In this document: positions 1 through 13,200 of the stretch, in pieces | How positions within the stretch are numbered: the stretch's first letter is position 1 | How the letters are laid out: each line of letters begins with the position of its first letter | Origin: a virus | Taxonomy: Duplodnaviria; Caudoviricetes | DNA length: 64,000 nucleotides | Direction: 5' to 3' (one strand) | Virus record (IMG/VR): IMGVR_UViG_3300014039_000017 | Location: 82,799-146,798 of that record | Translations under genes and position numbers: made by a program | Notes under the pieces: generated by a model | The model's input: only the letters and a program-made list of their open reading frames with translations | Told to the model about the DNA's origin: nothing | Database searches by the model: none

Positions 1-3000
1 GCAGAAACAAAACTAAACGCATTAAGAAATATATCTAATTATGTCTCTAATAACAAAGATTTTACAGAAGTAATAAAATACGCTTTTGCTGCTAATAAAC
101 TAGATTTTACAGAGGAGTTACACTATAGTAAAGTTGGATTTAATGAAACACTGGATCATGATATACAAATGTATGTTCTAGATTCAACCAAATCTAAATT
201 TAATAATAGAATACAGCAACAAAAGGAATTATTTGTAAAAGACTTACACGATTGTGATTTTTCATTTAATGGAGATCTAGATAATGAAACTTATAATCAA
301 GTAAAATCTACTATTGGTGATTCTTGGTTTGATGATAACCAAGAAATGTTAATTACAAAAGACGGTAAATTAAATCCTCTACTTGAAGCATATTATCTGT
401 CTGATATTTTATTGTCTAATGGGTATAATGATTTATTGTTTGGAAAAACATTCTTTCACCCAAATAAATACAAGCCAACTAAAGAGGAACTTGATATAAA
501 AAATAAAACTGGAAAATGACCAGAATCTTATTTTATACATTCTGAAGCATCCAGACTTAGTGCATCATATAAAAGAACTGTAATTGCTGGTGCAACTACA
601 CATACATTTTATCCTGATACATTTGGAATATCTTCTGATATTAATTTCGCTGTAATGGAAGATTATAAAGCCGATCCATATAATATGAATGGTGTAACTT
701 CTGGTGGAATTGATGCTATGGATGGCTCCGGATGATCGTCCCCAATACAATCATTGCTCGAAAATATGTCATTGCTTGATGCTAAGGTCGGATGGGATAA
801 GAAAACTATTTTTGGAGATATTGATCCAAAAACAGGATGTCCAACACTTCTTAAATGAGCTGTATATGCGTTAACTAATGAAAGAAGACGTAACTCTGAA
901 TGTAGTGTGATATCTGCAAATAGCATGTTTAAGAAAATGCATAATATTGCATTTAATAAACGGATTAATATTGCTGAGTATTATAACCCAAGTAAAGGAA
1001 CTACCACAACTGTTAATGGAAGAAAAGTTTCTGAAAGTAACTATATTTATTACCAAGATGTAGAATCCGGTAGTATGTTTAGAATAGATAGGCTTGAACA
1101 AGATCAAAATAATATAGTTCATATATTTGAAACAAAAGTAAATAATTTTGGACAGCCTATAGGAAACACCTTTGAAAAAAGACGAGTCCAACTTAATACT
1201 ATAAATGCAATTGATGAAATATTTGGTGGCGCATACGCAATGCAAAAAGATGACTCTGGACGACTTGTGTGAAGTGACGTAAATAATAGATTGTGCGCAA
1301 ATATTGTATGTAACGAGGATTTAAAACAAAATATGATTGCTTATGCTGTTAATAAATCAGCAATTAAAGTTGGAGCAAGAAATGTTAATTTAAGGTCTTC
1401 TTGAACAGATAATTCAGAATTGTTATATACAAATATGTCATTAATATTTGGTGGAGTTCAGATGGACGCAGATCACGTTTTAGGGGATGATACAGATGTT
1501 ACAGAAATGTCACAAATGATTTCATCGCTTATACAATCTGGGCTAGCCAAAGAACAAGCTATTGATATTTATAAAGAAATTGGTGAGGTTGTTACAGAAT
1601 CTTTAAAAAATAAAAATTATCTAGTATATAACGGAGATTATTCTGCTGTACATGAACTGCTTGGTAGAGAGTTTATTAATTCTTTTTCTAAAGGTACTAG
1701 AGATACAATGGGATTAGCTCAATCATATCTTATTAAAGCGTCTCAAGAATTAGCAAAAGATCCCAACGCAAAAATTAATATTCCGTTTAGTGACCCTACA
1801 GTACTTGGAATATTTACATCTAATATAGCATCTGAGATTAATAAGAAAGGAATTAAACGTAAATATGCTGGTATTGCATCAGTACAAGTTCCATCAAGAG
1901 GAATGATTCAATACTTCAATTATAATGGAAGTCAGATGCTTTATACAACTTTAGCTAAAAAAATTAGAGAAGCAGGATATCAATTTACAGCAAAGCAATA
2001 TATAACAACTCAAAGATATAATAAAGATACTGGTAATTTTGAAATATATGGATTAAATAGGAATGGGGAATTAGCTACAGAAATACATCCTTTTATAAGG
2101 CAGGTTAATCCTTGAGAATTAGATATGGGCGATACTGTAATAGTTGTAAAAAATGGAGTTGCTTCAAAACCTATAGTTCTTGATACATGAAATAATTACG
2201 ATACAATAAAACATATTACTGATGGCGTATTATATAAATGAAGTATTAGGCCAGTAGATTTAAGGCAATCCGATATAACATTTGAAGTTAATGGAAAACG
2301 TTATTCTATATATGATTTAGACTCAGTAAGAGCCACACACTATATAAAAGAACTTATTAATAATAAGCAATCTTATTTTGATTTAACTCCAGAAAAGAAG
2401 CTTGTAGTAGATAATACTATAGGTGATGCCGATAAAAATAATCTTATTAAGTTATATAAGACTGCAAATTTAAAAGTTAATGAAGATTTAAAAAAGATTA
2501 ATAACGGAATTAAAATAGGTAGAAATTCTGCATTTGGGGATGTAATTGGGAGAAAATATGTTAATTTAACAGGATCAGTTAATGGTATAGAAGATATTAT
2601 AATAGCAAATAATAATATAAATAACAGAGAACAATTATTTGAGGATATTATAGCAAATAGTAAAAATATTAACGTTGTTAGATTCTTAAAAAGAATTGTC
2701 CAAGAGTTTAATCTAGATCCCCAAGAATTTACGGCTGCTTATACACAGTACTCGTTAGATAGAGAAAACGAACATAATTTTTCAAATGTAAATACAAGAT
2801 TTGCAGAAATCATAACTGGAAAAATAAATAAAACTCAATTAGGATTACGTGATGATGATTCTATAGCGGATATTAAAGATGCAAACTTTTTTATAAATAG
2901 AATTAAAGAAAATGAGTCTTTAAGAGATAGTAATATTAATACAAATAGTTATGATGCTGTATTAAAGGGTATTAACGGAGAAAACTTATATGTAAGGATA

Positions 3001-6000
3001 TCGCCACTGCATACTGAAATAGATGCGGTTACCGGAGAAAAAATTCCAGAGCAGCTTCCAGGATGATTTGTAAATAATACTACGTTTGATAATGTAGATG
3101 GAAATATATATTACAAAGACAAAGTATTATGCACAGCAGATGGAAAACAATTCTATACGCAGCCAGGAGTTACCAACGTAAATAATATGGTTGTTCTAAA
3201 TAGTATAGAACAATTACAAGAGCTACTTGATTCCGACTTATTTAATAGAGTTGAATATAATTATAATTCTAATAATCTAAATGAAATACTGAAATACAGA
3301 GGATATATTAATGATGAGGGTTTAGTTACAAAAGAAATAAAGTTTCATCAAGCAGCAAATCGTTTATCTCCTGTAGAGACAGACAGATTCAGACTTAGAT
3401 ATATAGTAGGAAAGCAGATTGAAGTTGGAACAGATATAACAAAACTTGATGTAGAATCATTGATTGAAGACCTAAACCAAGAGGTAGAATATGAAAAAGA
3501 TAGAGATATTAAACAAATAGCTTATAATAGGTTTAATGCTTTTAAAAAACAGCTTGAAGTCATTGGAGCACGTATTCCAACGCAAAGTATGCAATCTTAT
3601 ATGGGATTGAAAATTGTGGCATTGACAAATAGCATTTATAACGAAGTATATATTCCTGCTGCTATGGCCTGGCTTGAAGGATCTAATAAAAAAATTAAAG
3701 CCAAGTTTGGAAGTATAGTGTATTTTTGCTAACTTGCATTAGCAAAAATATGTATATATGAATATTGATATCGAAAAATTTAAAGCTGAAGTAAATCTTA
3801 AGAAGAATTACCAGCAATTATCAAATGAGTTTAATTGTTCTATAAAAACAATAAAAAGATATGCAAAAGAATTAGATTTAACAGTTGCAACTAAAATTTG
3901 TAAATCAAATGATCCAGAAGTTATAAACTCAGTCAAAAATCTTTTAGAGAAAAATAAAACTAATTTAGAAATTTCTAGAGAACTTGGAATCAGTCCAACG
4001 ACTGCAAGAAAATATACAAAGTTACTTGGAATGGAAACAAATACAGTAAGAAATAAATCGTTAAAAAGTCCAATAACTTTAACTAAAGAACAAGAAGAAA
4101 TAATTTATGGATCTATGCTTGGAGATATGTGTTTAACGACTACACAAAAATCGTATAGATTTTCCATATCTCAAGGAGGTGGGCATGAAGAATACTTTGA
4201 TCATCTAGCTAATATATTTTCTAATGTTATAGGAAAAGTAAATAAAACTCCAAGATACGATAAAAGAACCAAGTTGTTCTACAATAAATTTATGGTTAAA
4301 TTTTTAGCATCTACATCTTACAAAAAGTATTATGATATAATGGTTATAAATGGTAAAAAGACTGTAACGGAAAAGTGGGCAAACCATTTAACTGCTAGGG
4401 GATTAGCTTATTGATTTATGGATGATGGTTGTGTAAACGGAATTATAGCTACAAATGGATTTGCATTAGAAGAAGTTAATTTATTATCTCGTGTAATATT
4501 AAATAAATTTAATATTCACACAGATGTTCAAAAAGTTTCAAAGAAAGAACAATGAATATTACATATTCAAGTAAAAGACAGAAAGGCGTTTGAAGATATA
4601 ATAAGACCTTTCATAATTCCATCAATGATGTATAAGTTAAAATATAAATAGTTGGATCCTAACCTCGTGAACTGCGGGAAACTCCTTAGAGACTTAACTA
4701 CTAACTATATATAGAGATATATATAGGGTGTAACTAATCATTACAGTATAGTAAAAAGGCTAAGTATTGGACAATCCGCAACCAAGCCTCTAAAATAGAG
4801 GAAGGCTCATCGACTATCGAAAAGCGTGCAAGCGAACCAAGTAGAGTAGCGTAAAAGCGAAGTGCGAGGCGTGTTTTTTAAACACGAAGATATAGTCAGG
4901 TCAATTATTAACGTAATTGTGCGTTTAGGACTATGATATAGATAAACTATATATGATGGGTTATGAACTTAATTCAAAAGGAGGATTTGTAGGATTCTCA
5001 AGGCTGCTTAATGACGCTTTAACTCAACAAGAATTTGATGATATTCTTGATTTACCAAAACCAAATGGAATAAAATATGTAATTGGAGAAAATTCTGATT
5101 CTGGATTAAGTGAATTGGATGTTTTAAGTGTTATCGGGGACGTGGCACAAAGAGATTATACATTACTTAAAAATGTAATTAATTCTGATTCAGATCAAGT
5201 GCATTTTAAACCAGAAGTATCAAAATCTAGTAGATACCGATTCTTAAACATTCTTAATAAGCATAGTCAAACTAAATTATCTAATTATACTAAAGAGGCT
5301 GCTTTAAGAAATTCTGTTGTGTATAAAATTAATACACTGCTTAGAAATGCAAGATTATCTCCATTGGCACATAAATCCGTGGATGATAGTATGGCGCTGT
5401 TTAGAAATATAGCGAAGAAATCAATGCTTGCAGCAACAGAGCTTTCTCTATCATCTGATAATCCTCTTGTTAAATTCCTTATGCAAACTCAAAATATGGT
5501 TGGTAAGGATGTAATTGGTATTACGGCGGTTGGAATGAAAGTATTCTTTGGAGTTACTACTGCATTAAATCAAACAATAACAGATTTAGTTGAGCATATA
5601 AAAACAAAGGATTTTGTTTCAGCACAATCAGATTTTCAAAATTTATTGTTTAAAGATCCTATTACAGGACAAGATATAACATTGGCTAATTTAAATTTTG
5701 AACCATTGCTTGATTTGCTTAATAATTTATCAGAACAAGACAAATTAGATGTAAATAATGCTTTGGGGGATTATTTAAATGAATTGCCAAAAATAATAGA
5801 ACAATCACAACACACCGACGCAGCGGAAGCAATCTCAGGTTTGCTATCTGCGGCCACTGATTTTTGTAGCAACAAAAAGAAACACTTGCATATTTAAATT
5901 TTTATAAGTAAATTTGCATAAACTTAAAATATATTAATTATGCAAAAAATTTCTGAAGAAAAAATTAATCAAATGTATGAACTTTATAAACAAAATTTTA

Positions 6001-9000
6001 ATAAAGTTCAAATTTCAAAACAATTAGGAGTTAATGAAGAAACCGTTAGAAAATATTTAACAAAAAGATTTAATATTCCTCTTAAAGATTATTCTAAAAA
6101 AGTAGATCAACAAAAATTTGAAGAACTCTGAAAACAAGGAAAAACAGATAAAGAAATATCTGATTTTTTTGGAGTTTCTGAATTGACGATTAAAACTTAT
6201 AGGACAAAAGGCGATAACGCTGGAAAATTTAATGTTGTTAGATATTTTTCACAAACAGAACAAAAGCTTACGTATGAACAAGATCAATTTATTAGAGGAT
6301 CTCTTTTAGGGGATTTAAATTTATCTAAACCAAAGACAAATAGACATATAAACTCTCGTTTAGCAATTGTTCAATGTGAAAAACAAAAAGCGCTTTTTAT
6401 AAAAAAAGTAGAAATTTTAGGAGATTTTATGGGAAATTATAAATTAGTAGTCCCGAAACCTGATACTAGAACAGGAAAAATATATACTTCTTATAGAGGA
6501 AATTCGAAATCACATAAAGTTTTTACGGATTTATATAATGAGTTATATATAAATGGAAAGAAAACAGTAACAAAAGAGTTTTTAGATAAAATAACTTCTC
6601 CTACAGCATTAGCGTTTTGATTTATGGATGATGGAACTTTTAATGGAAGTATTGCAACTAACGGATTTTCAGAAAACGAAGTTGATTTGTTAATTAAATG
6701 ATTATCTGAATACTGACATATAATTTCGTATAAAGAAAAAAATTTAAACAAATTTATAATTAGAATATCCGAAAAGTCTAGAAAATATTTCGATAATTTG
6801 ATTAAACCTTATATAATTCCAGAAATGGAATATAAATTAAAATACAAGTAATAAGACAATAGTTAGTGGATAAAACCTCGTGAACTCAGGGAAACTCCTT
6901 AAAGTCTTATATACCAAGCAATTATAGTAATATAATTGTGGATGAAGTAACTACTCATGTATGGTAACAAGTATAAGAATTGGACAATCCTGATCTAAGC
7001 TTCTGAAAAGAAGAAAGAGCAACGACTAATTTGTAGGGTTTAAGTAAACCCGAAGTGCGAGGAATCTAGAAATAGATTAAGATATAGTCTGATCTTTTAC
7101 GAAAGTAAAAGAGATTATACGGAAACGGTATAATCGTAACACAAATGAATGCTAAAGAGCTAATATTAGCCAAAATTAACGCTACAGCCGATTTTGCTGA
7201 TGCATGAACATTTTTGATTTCTACTGGAAGAACTCCAGAAGAAATATCAAAAATTATGATGTCTCCAATATTTTCTGTAGTACAAAAATATAGTCACTCA
7301 AATCTATTCTCAACAATAGGCTTAACTAACAGTAAAAAAACAGCTATTGAATTTACACTAGGGTTAAAACAGTTATCTGGTATAAATCTTAGAGATTTAA
7401 AACTTATAGTTGGGGCTTATAGAGGTAAGGGACTAACTTGAGATAATAAATGTTTCATAGATAAATTGTTATATGAAACCGAGAATGGAGAGATTAAATT
7501 AGATTCTACTGGAAATCCAATTAGGAGGCAAGTAAAATTAGTTGATGATAAGTATTTAAGTTCAGAAGACGGAATATTTGTTCAGGGAAGCGAAGTACGT
7601 AAAAACATGTTTGAGTTATTTAGTGATCCTAATAACGCCAATAGTACAATAATATCTAAAATACTTCTTGAACATATTGATTATTTAAGAAAACATTCAT
7701 CTGATTATAATGTTAATTCTGACGATTCGGATTATGATCCTAGTATAGAGGAAGACTATAATGAAATTGAAAATTATGAAAATGATTATCAAGATCAAGA
7801 ATACGACTTAGAAAATGATGAGTTAAACGATGAAATAAATAATCAAGTTAATAATTCCGACTTTGGGTCTGATATAAAAATTAAGGTTACTCTAAATTCT
7901 CTTAATAATATAAGAAGATATGTATCAAAATGCATAATTCCTAAAAATGAACAAATCGCAAAAATTAATGAACAGGATCCAGAAGCTATTACAACTTTGA
8001 CTGATTTCTATAATAACGTTCTCCCAGCGGTTGAAGAGCAAACAATCTTGGGGGCAATGCTCGGAGTAAATCAAGGACTTAAGAGTAAATTATCAGATTT
8101 TATAGGCGTCCTTAAAAGAGTTGAAAACTTTGTAAACGCAAGAATCCCTAGAGATCAAAATGGTCCAATATACGAAGCATTTAATATAATTAAATTTTTA
8201 GAGGATGATGAGTACAGGCAAGACTGAATACAAAATTATGCATCAATGAAATCTTATAATAATATATTAAGAACTATTTCAGAAGTACCTAATTTTGCAT
8301 CAATGTATAAACAAAATGCTTTAACATATAGATTGGAATCCCATTCAGCAAGAAATAAAATTAATATTAAACTTGAAAAAGCGATACTTGAGTATAATAG
8401 ACGTGGAAGTTCTGCTACTAGAAAGTTAACTGGTGATGAATGAAGCGTTATGGATAAGTATACTAGAGATTTAATTTTAACTAATTGATTGCTTACACAG
8501 AATATTAGTTTTACAATTCCAAGTAATCAAGATTTTTACGATAATGGAAATCTTGTATATATAAAAGATGATATTGATGATAATGGAAATGTAATTCATG
8601 ATCATTCTGATGCAAGAAAAATTAATTTAAATACATTTAGTGGACAAGCTTCATTTATAAGATACTTTGAAAATACATTATTTGACATATTAAAACAAAG
8701 GTATGCTAATGATGAAGATAAGAAAGCATTTTTAAATAATGTCGTAGCATCTCCGGATTTTAGTAGTGTTTATAACCAAAAAACACATCATTTAAAGCTA
8801 TCTATTAATTCTATGCTTGCAGATAAAAATCAAGGGTTAAAAACTATATACAGTGAAATCCTAAAAGCATTTAATAATCTTTCCACAGAAAAGATTCCAG
8901 AACTAAATAACATGACTTTTGGAGATGCTTTATTTATATACAATTCTCTTGTTTATAAGAATGCATTTACAGAAAAAGGATTTACCAGATTATTTGAATC

Positions 9001-10213
9001 GCTAATATTTGATGAAAACTCAATAATTAATTCTTATGTAAGCTTTTTATCTGACCTAGATAGTAATACTATCGATACAGGATCTGCGAATGATCTAGAT
9101 AGCGATCTTGAAATAAACGATAACGGAACATTTACTTGAGGAATGATAAGAGGTAATATAAATGATTTTCTTAGAAGATTGGCATTTAATCAAGTATCTG
9201 CTAATAAATTTGGGGTATCACTTAATAAAGATTCTGAAAAATCTATATCAGAATTAGCGTTTCAAGATATGTTTGGGCGTCCAACTAAAAACGAATATGG
9301 AATGGACAAACCATCTATTTATATAGGTGTATCTAATGCAAATGATTGAACTTCAGAAATGCCTTGTATGACACAAGATTTTGAAGATGCTACATTTAGT
9401 TATGGAGAAAATTATAACCAATCTAATTGTTATAGGTGAAATTCTGAAGTAGTAATAAGAACTGTTATTGACACTCTTGCAGATAGACTTAATTTGACAG
9501 TTGGGGACAATTCCGATTCCGATATAGTTTTATTTGATAGTAATAAATTACCATCATGAGCGGAATATAATAACGGAGTAGAATCACCAATAAGTTATAA
9601 GAGTTTCTCTGATTATATGAGAGTTATGAGGAGTTCTGCATTTATTAATAATGGTAAAATATTTATTAATACTAACAAAATGAATGTGGATACAACAGTA
9701 CACGAACTAATGCATATATTCTGTGCAAATCTTAAGTTTAATAAAAATGAGGATATAGTTAAACTATATTACGATGCTATTGATGCAGCTAATAATTTAT
9801 ATAAAACTAAAATGCGCAAAGAATACGTTGAAATGCGAGAGCAATACAATGGTGATTATGGTTCAGATTTCAAGGAAGAGTTGCTAGTTAAACTAATGTC
9901 AGATCAATTTACTCATTCATTTAAAAATAGTTTTGGATCACAAAAATGAGTTGATGATATAAAATCTGAAATAGTTAATACAATTAACCAAATTTTTGCT
10001 TCAAATGTAAAAGAGGATATAAATGTAAAGAAATTAGGTGATACAAGATTAGCTGATTTCTTGCAGGCATTTAATTCTAAATTATTTGATACAGATGGAA
10101 ATAACCTTTTAGCAAATATGCAGCTTGATCAAGAAATGAAGACCATTAAGCGAATTCTTATTAATAATGCAGAAGATCCTACTAAAAATAGTAAAATAGA
10201 ATATAATTGTTAA
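1..10213 (+). CDS. Giant virion DNA-dependent RNA polymerase (crAss-like, two-barrel catalytic subunit) with C-terminal zincin-like domain; 5'-truncated; 3 exons (<1-3684, 4929-5861, 7148-10213); TGA=Trp
   Basis: Track ORFs share one frame per exon and are broken only by TGA. Splicing restores ARIPTQSMQS...WLEGS|DYDIDKLY (DxDxD catalytic motif) and SAATD|NAKELILAKIN. HELMH...EE near the C-terminus. Stop TAA 10211-10213. Confidence 0.9.
3685..4928 (+). mobile_element. Group I intron #1 (in RNAP, just before DYDID) with LAGLIDADG homing endonuclease
   Basis: Exon ends in U (GGATCT|) and intron ends in G (TTTAG|GAC). IGS GGATCCT at 4654-4660 pairs with exon AGGATCT. Core motifs AACTGCGGGAA, AATCCGCAACCAAG, TCGACTA and AAGATATAGTC. 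Confidence 0.93.
3758..4651 (+). CDS. LAGLIDADG homing endonuclease with N-terminal HTH repeats (TGA=Trp)
   Basis: IIYGSMLGDM motif. TGA readthrough at 4412 gives LAY-W-FMDDG. Ends TAG 4651. Confidence 0.9.
5885..5916 (+). promoter_or_regulatory. Bacteroidota sigmaA-type promoter for intron #2 endonuclease
   Basis: CTTG...N20...TAAATTTG, 23 nt upstream of ATG 5940. Confidence 0.65.
5940..6851 (+). CDS. LAGLIDADG homing endonuclease with N-terminal HTH (TGA=Trp)
   Basis: Joins track ORFs 5940 and 6183. Motifs FIRGSLLGD and LAF-W(TGA)-FMDDG. Ends TAA 6851. Confidence 0.9.
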
Positions 10214-10214
10214 T

Positions 10215-13200
10215 ATGCCTAATTGTAATATAAACTTAGTCTTAAAAGGCAAAGTAAATACTACATTTAATAGCGATAGAGAGCTTGATGCAGAATTGCT
10301 GCATCGAGCCTCATCGCTTAAAAATTTGTATTTAAAAAGTAATAAAAAATTAGATAAAATATTTCAAACGCTATCTCCTCAAGAAGATGCTGAACAAAAA
10401 ATTAATGAGATTACTAGTATTTATAATAAAGCGTTAAAAGAGCGTGGTATTAATAAATCTAGAATAAAGTTGAAAGACGAGTTTGAAGAAGCTATAGAAG
10501 GAGACGATGATTATAATGGAGGTAAAATTTCTGGAACTATATCAATGTCTAATATAGTAAGCTTAATTGGAGGCAAAAAAGACTTGAGTGAAGCAGCAAT
10601 TACAGCTATTAATAAAGGTTATGAAGAAAACTTTAGAGTAAAAAAGTGTAAAGAACTTGGCTTAGAAGATTCAGAAATATATAATCCTACAATTACGGCT
10701 TTGTGAGAGCATGAAAAAGCTAAAAATATTTTTTCAGCTGAAATTGGTGAGGATGTTCATAAAATAATGGAGTTAATATTTAGACAAGTATCAGATCCAT
10801 CTATTAAAATAGACGAAAGCTCTTGTAAATATTTTAAGGGCTCGGTATTTACAGATACTTATAATGTGCTTAAAAATATTGCTGATAGAATTATTAAAGA
10901 ACATCCAAATGCTAAATTCTATCCCGAATTTAGTGTATTATCGAAAACTTTAGATAATAATACACAAGAATCTCTAAAAGCCGCTAATGCGCCAGGAGTT
11001 ACACAATGCTCAGGACGTTTGGACTTACTTATTTTAAATGAAGACGGATCTGTTGAAATATATGATTGAAAATCATCATTAAAACCAGTAGGAGATTGAG
11101 CTGAAACAAATAATAAAGTTTGTAACGAACACGGTTGACAATCTTCTGCTAAAAAAGCCTCTAATTTACTTCAAATTGGAGGTTATGCAGCCATACTTGA
11201 ACAATATGGTCTAGACGTAGGTGATAAAAAGTTAGTAAATTTTAAACTGGATTTTGATGTTGAGAAAGGCTCAGACGGAAAATGACATCCAGTTAATGTT
11301 AAAACAGTTAAATACGATACTCCTGTTGTTGGATCAAAAGGAATATTGCAAACATCTTTGGCAACGTCAAAACAACGACAAATGGAGTATGTATTTACTA
11401 ATAATAAATTTATTGATACAACATCATTAAATCCATCTAACGAGATGCTTAAAAATTTGTTTCCAGATACTGATTTGGCTAATACCAAAGTACAGCAGTT
11501 TAAAGCATCTATTGATTATTACAAGAAAAAACTTAATTTTATTAGAGAAATAACTGATCCTAATAGTAGTGCTTATAAGCAAGGTTTTAGATTCTATTTT
11601 GTAAAAGATGGGATTCCAACTCAAAGTAAAAACCTTGTATTCTGTAAAAACATGGAAGATGTTGACAAGCAACTTGAGAAGTATGTTTCTGAAATAGAAA
11701 AATTCAAAAGCACAGAAATGACAGCTTTTGCAAAAAACTTACAAAAGGTAATGGATACTAAAGGTCAGTCTGATAATGCTATATATGGTGATTGGCTTAA
11801 TGCATTTGGTGAAGAACAGCAACAATTCTTAATAACAGAATTTAAAAAATATTATAATAATGGATGAAACTTTGTTGCAGATGACGCATTAAATTCAAAT
11901 GGAATATTTTTATTTAATAAAAACGACCAAATGGATATGATTATTTTGGATTCACATAATGTCAGACAACAATTAACCATAAACGGACAAACAAATATAT
12001 GCGGAACAAAACTTAAAGATGGTGAAGATGGGACCGATCCATATAACCTCTTTAAAGCTGAATATGGTAATTTGTTACTAATGAAAGGAGTGTCAATTAT
12101 TGCGTCAAATCCAAAACTTTTAAATAATTGTAAACTAAATACAATGAAAGTTATAAATCCATGACATTCTACAGAATTTATGTCATATTCTAATTCTAAA
12201 CTTGTTAATAACTGAAACTTTTTAGCAAGGCATAATTCTGAGTATAAAATTCCAACTGTGTCAATGGATTGATTTTTTGATGACGTATCATCTTATATGA
12301 ATGTTGTTCTTGAGTTAAGTAACAGTCTTGAAAATAATATATTTATGGATAAAGCAAGACCTACTGCTGAAGATGCAAATTATAATAATGATACAATATC
12401 TGAAATGATGTGAGAAATGCGTAAGAATTACAAACAAACTTACGATGATCCACACACAGTTGAAGGAGCTGTTTATTTTAATTTATCACAAGCTTTACTT
12501 GCTTCTAATGGAATATCATTTACAGATGAAGAAGATTACGGTAAATATTTAAATTCCGGAATTATTCCTTCTGGAACTTATATTACAGCGGCAGACCAAT
12601 CTAATTCAGTCGGAGTTAGAACAATGGGTAAATTAATGTCTAGATATAGAGACTTATATACTACTGAATTCACTAATATTGCAACCCAATTCTCGGAACT
12701 TGTAAGTAAGGTATTTAAAGCATGGGGCTTTAATCCTAGTATAGATAGTCCTACTGCATTTTGAAAACAATTTTTTGAGTTAGGAGATAATAATTCTCCT
12801 AATCAAAAAGGTTTTAGATTAAAAAACCCAAATAGCTCATTTTTTACTACAGGAAGAACTAAAGAACAAACAGAAAGTGCCCAAAAATTAATTGAATTTA
12901 TAGGTGATTATATGTTTAATTTTAAAAACACTAAAATGGGGCCAGAGCAAATTGAAATGGCAAAATTAAATGGATCTTATTATGAAATGCCTTTACAAGA
13001 AGCGAATACTGGGCAATTTATAAGAGACCAATATAAATCTAATGGTATTAAAGGTGTTTTAAAAGGAATAGTTCAAAATGTACGTTATAGAATTAAGCCA
13101 GCTGAGGAAGAAATATTTAGAGGCGGAAGAGTAAAACAAAGGCAATTTGAGAAAGAGAAAAGTGAGTACGCAGGAGCATTTAATAGATATACAGATATAA

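Larger units (their letters stand above)
5862..7147 (+). mobile_element. Group I intron #2 (in RNAP ATD|NAK motif) with LAGLIDADG homing endonuclease
   Basis: GAT| ... ACAAATG|AAT. IGS GTTAGTGG at 6862-6869 pairs with exon CCACTGAT. Core AACTCAGGGAA, AATCCTGATCTAAG, ACGACTA and AAGATATAGTC. Confidence 0.93.
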
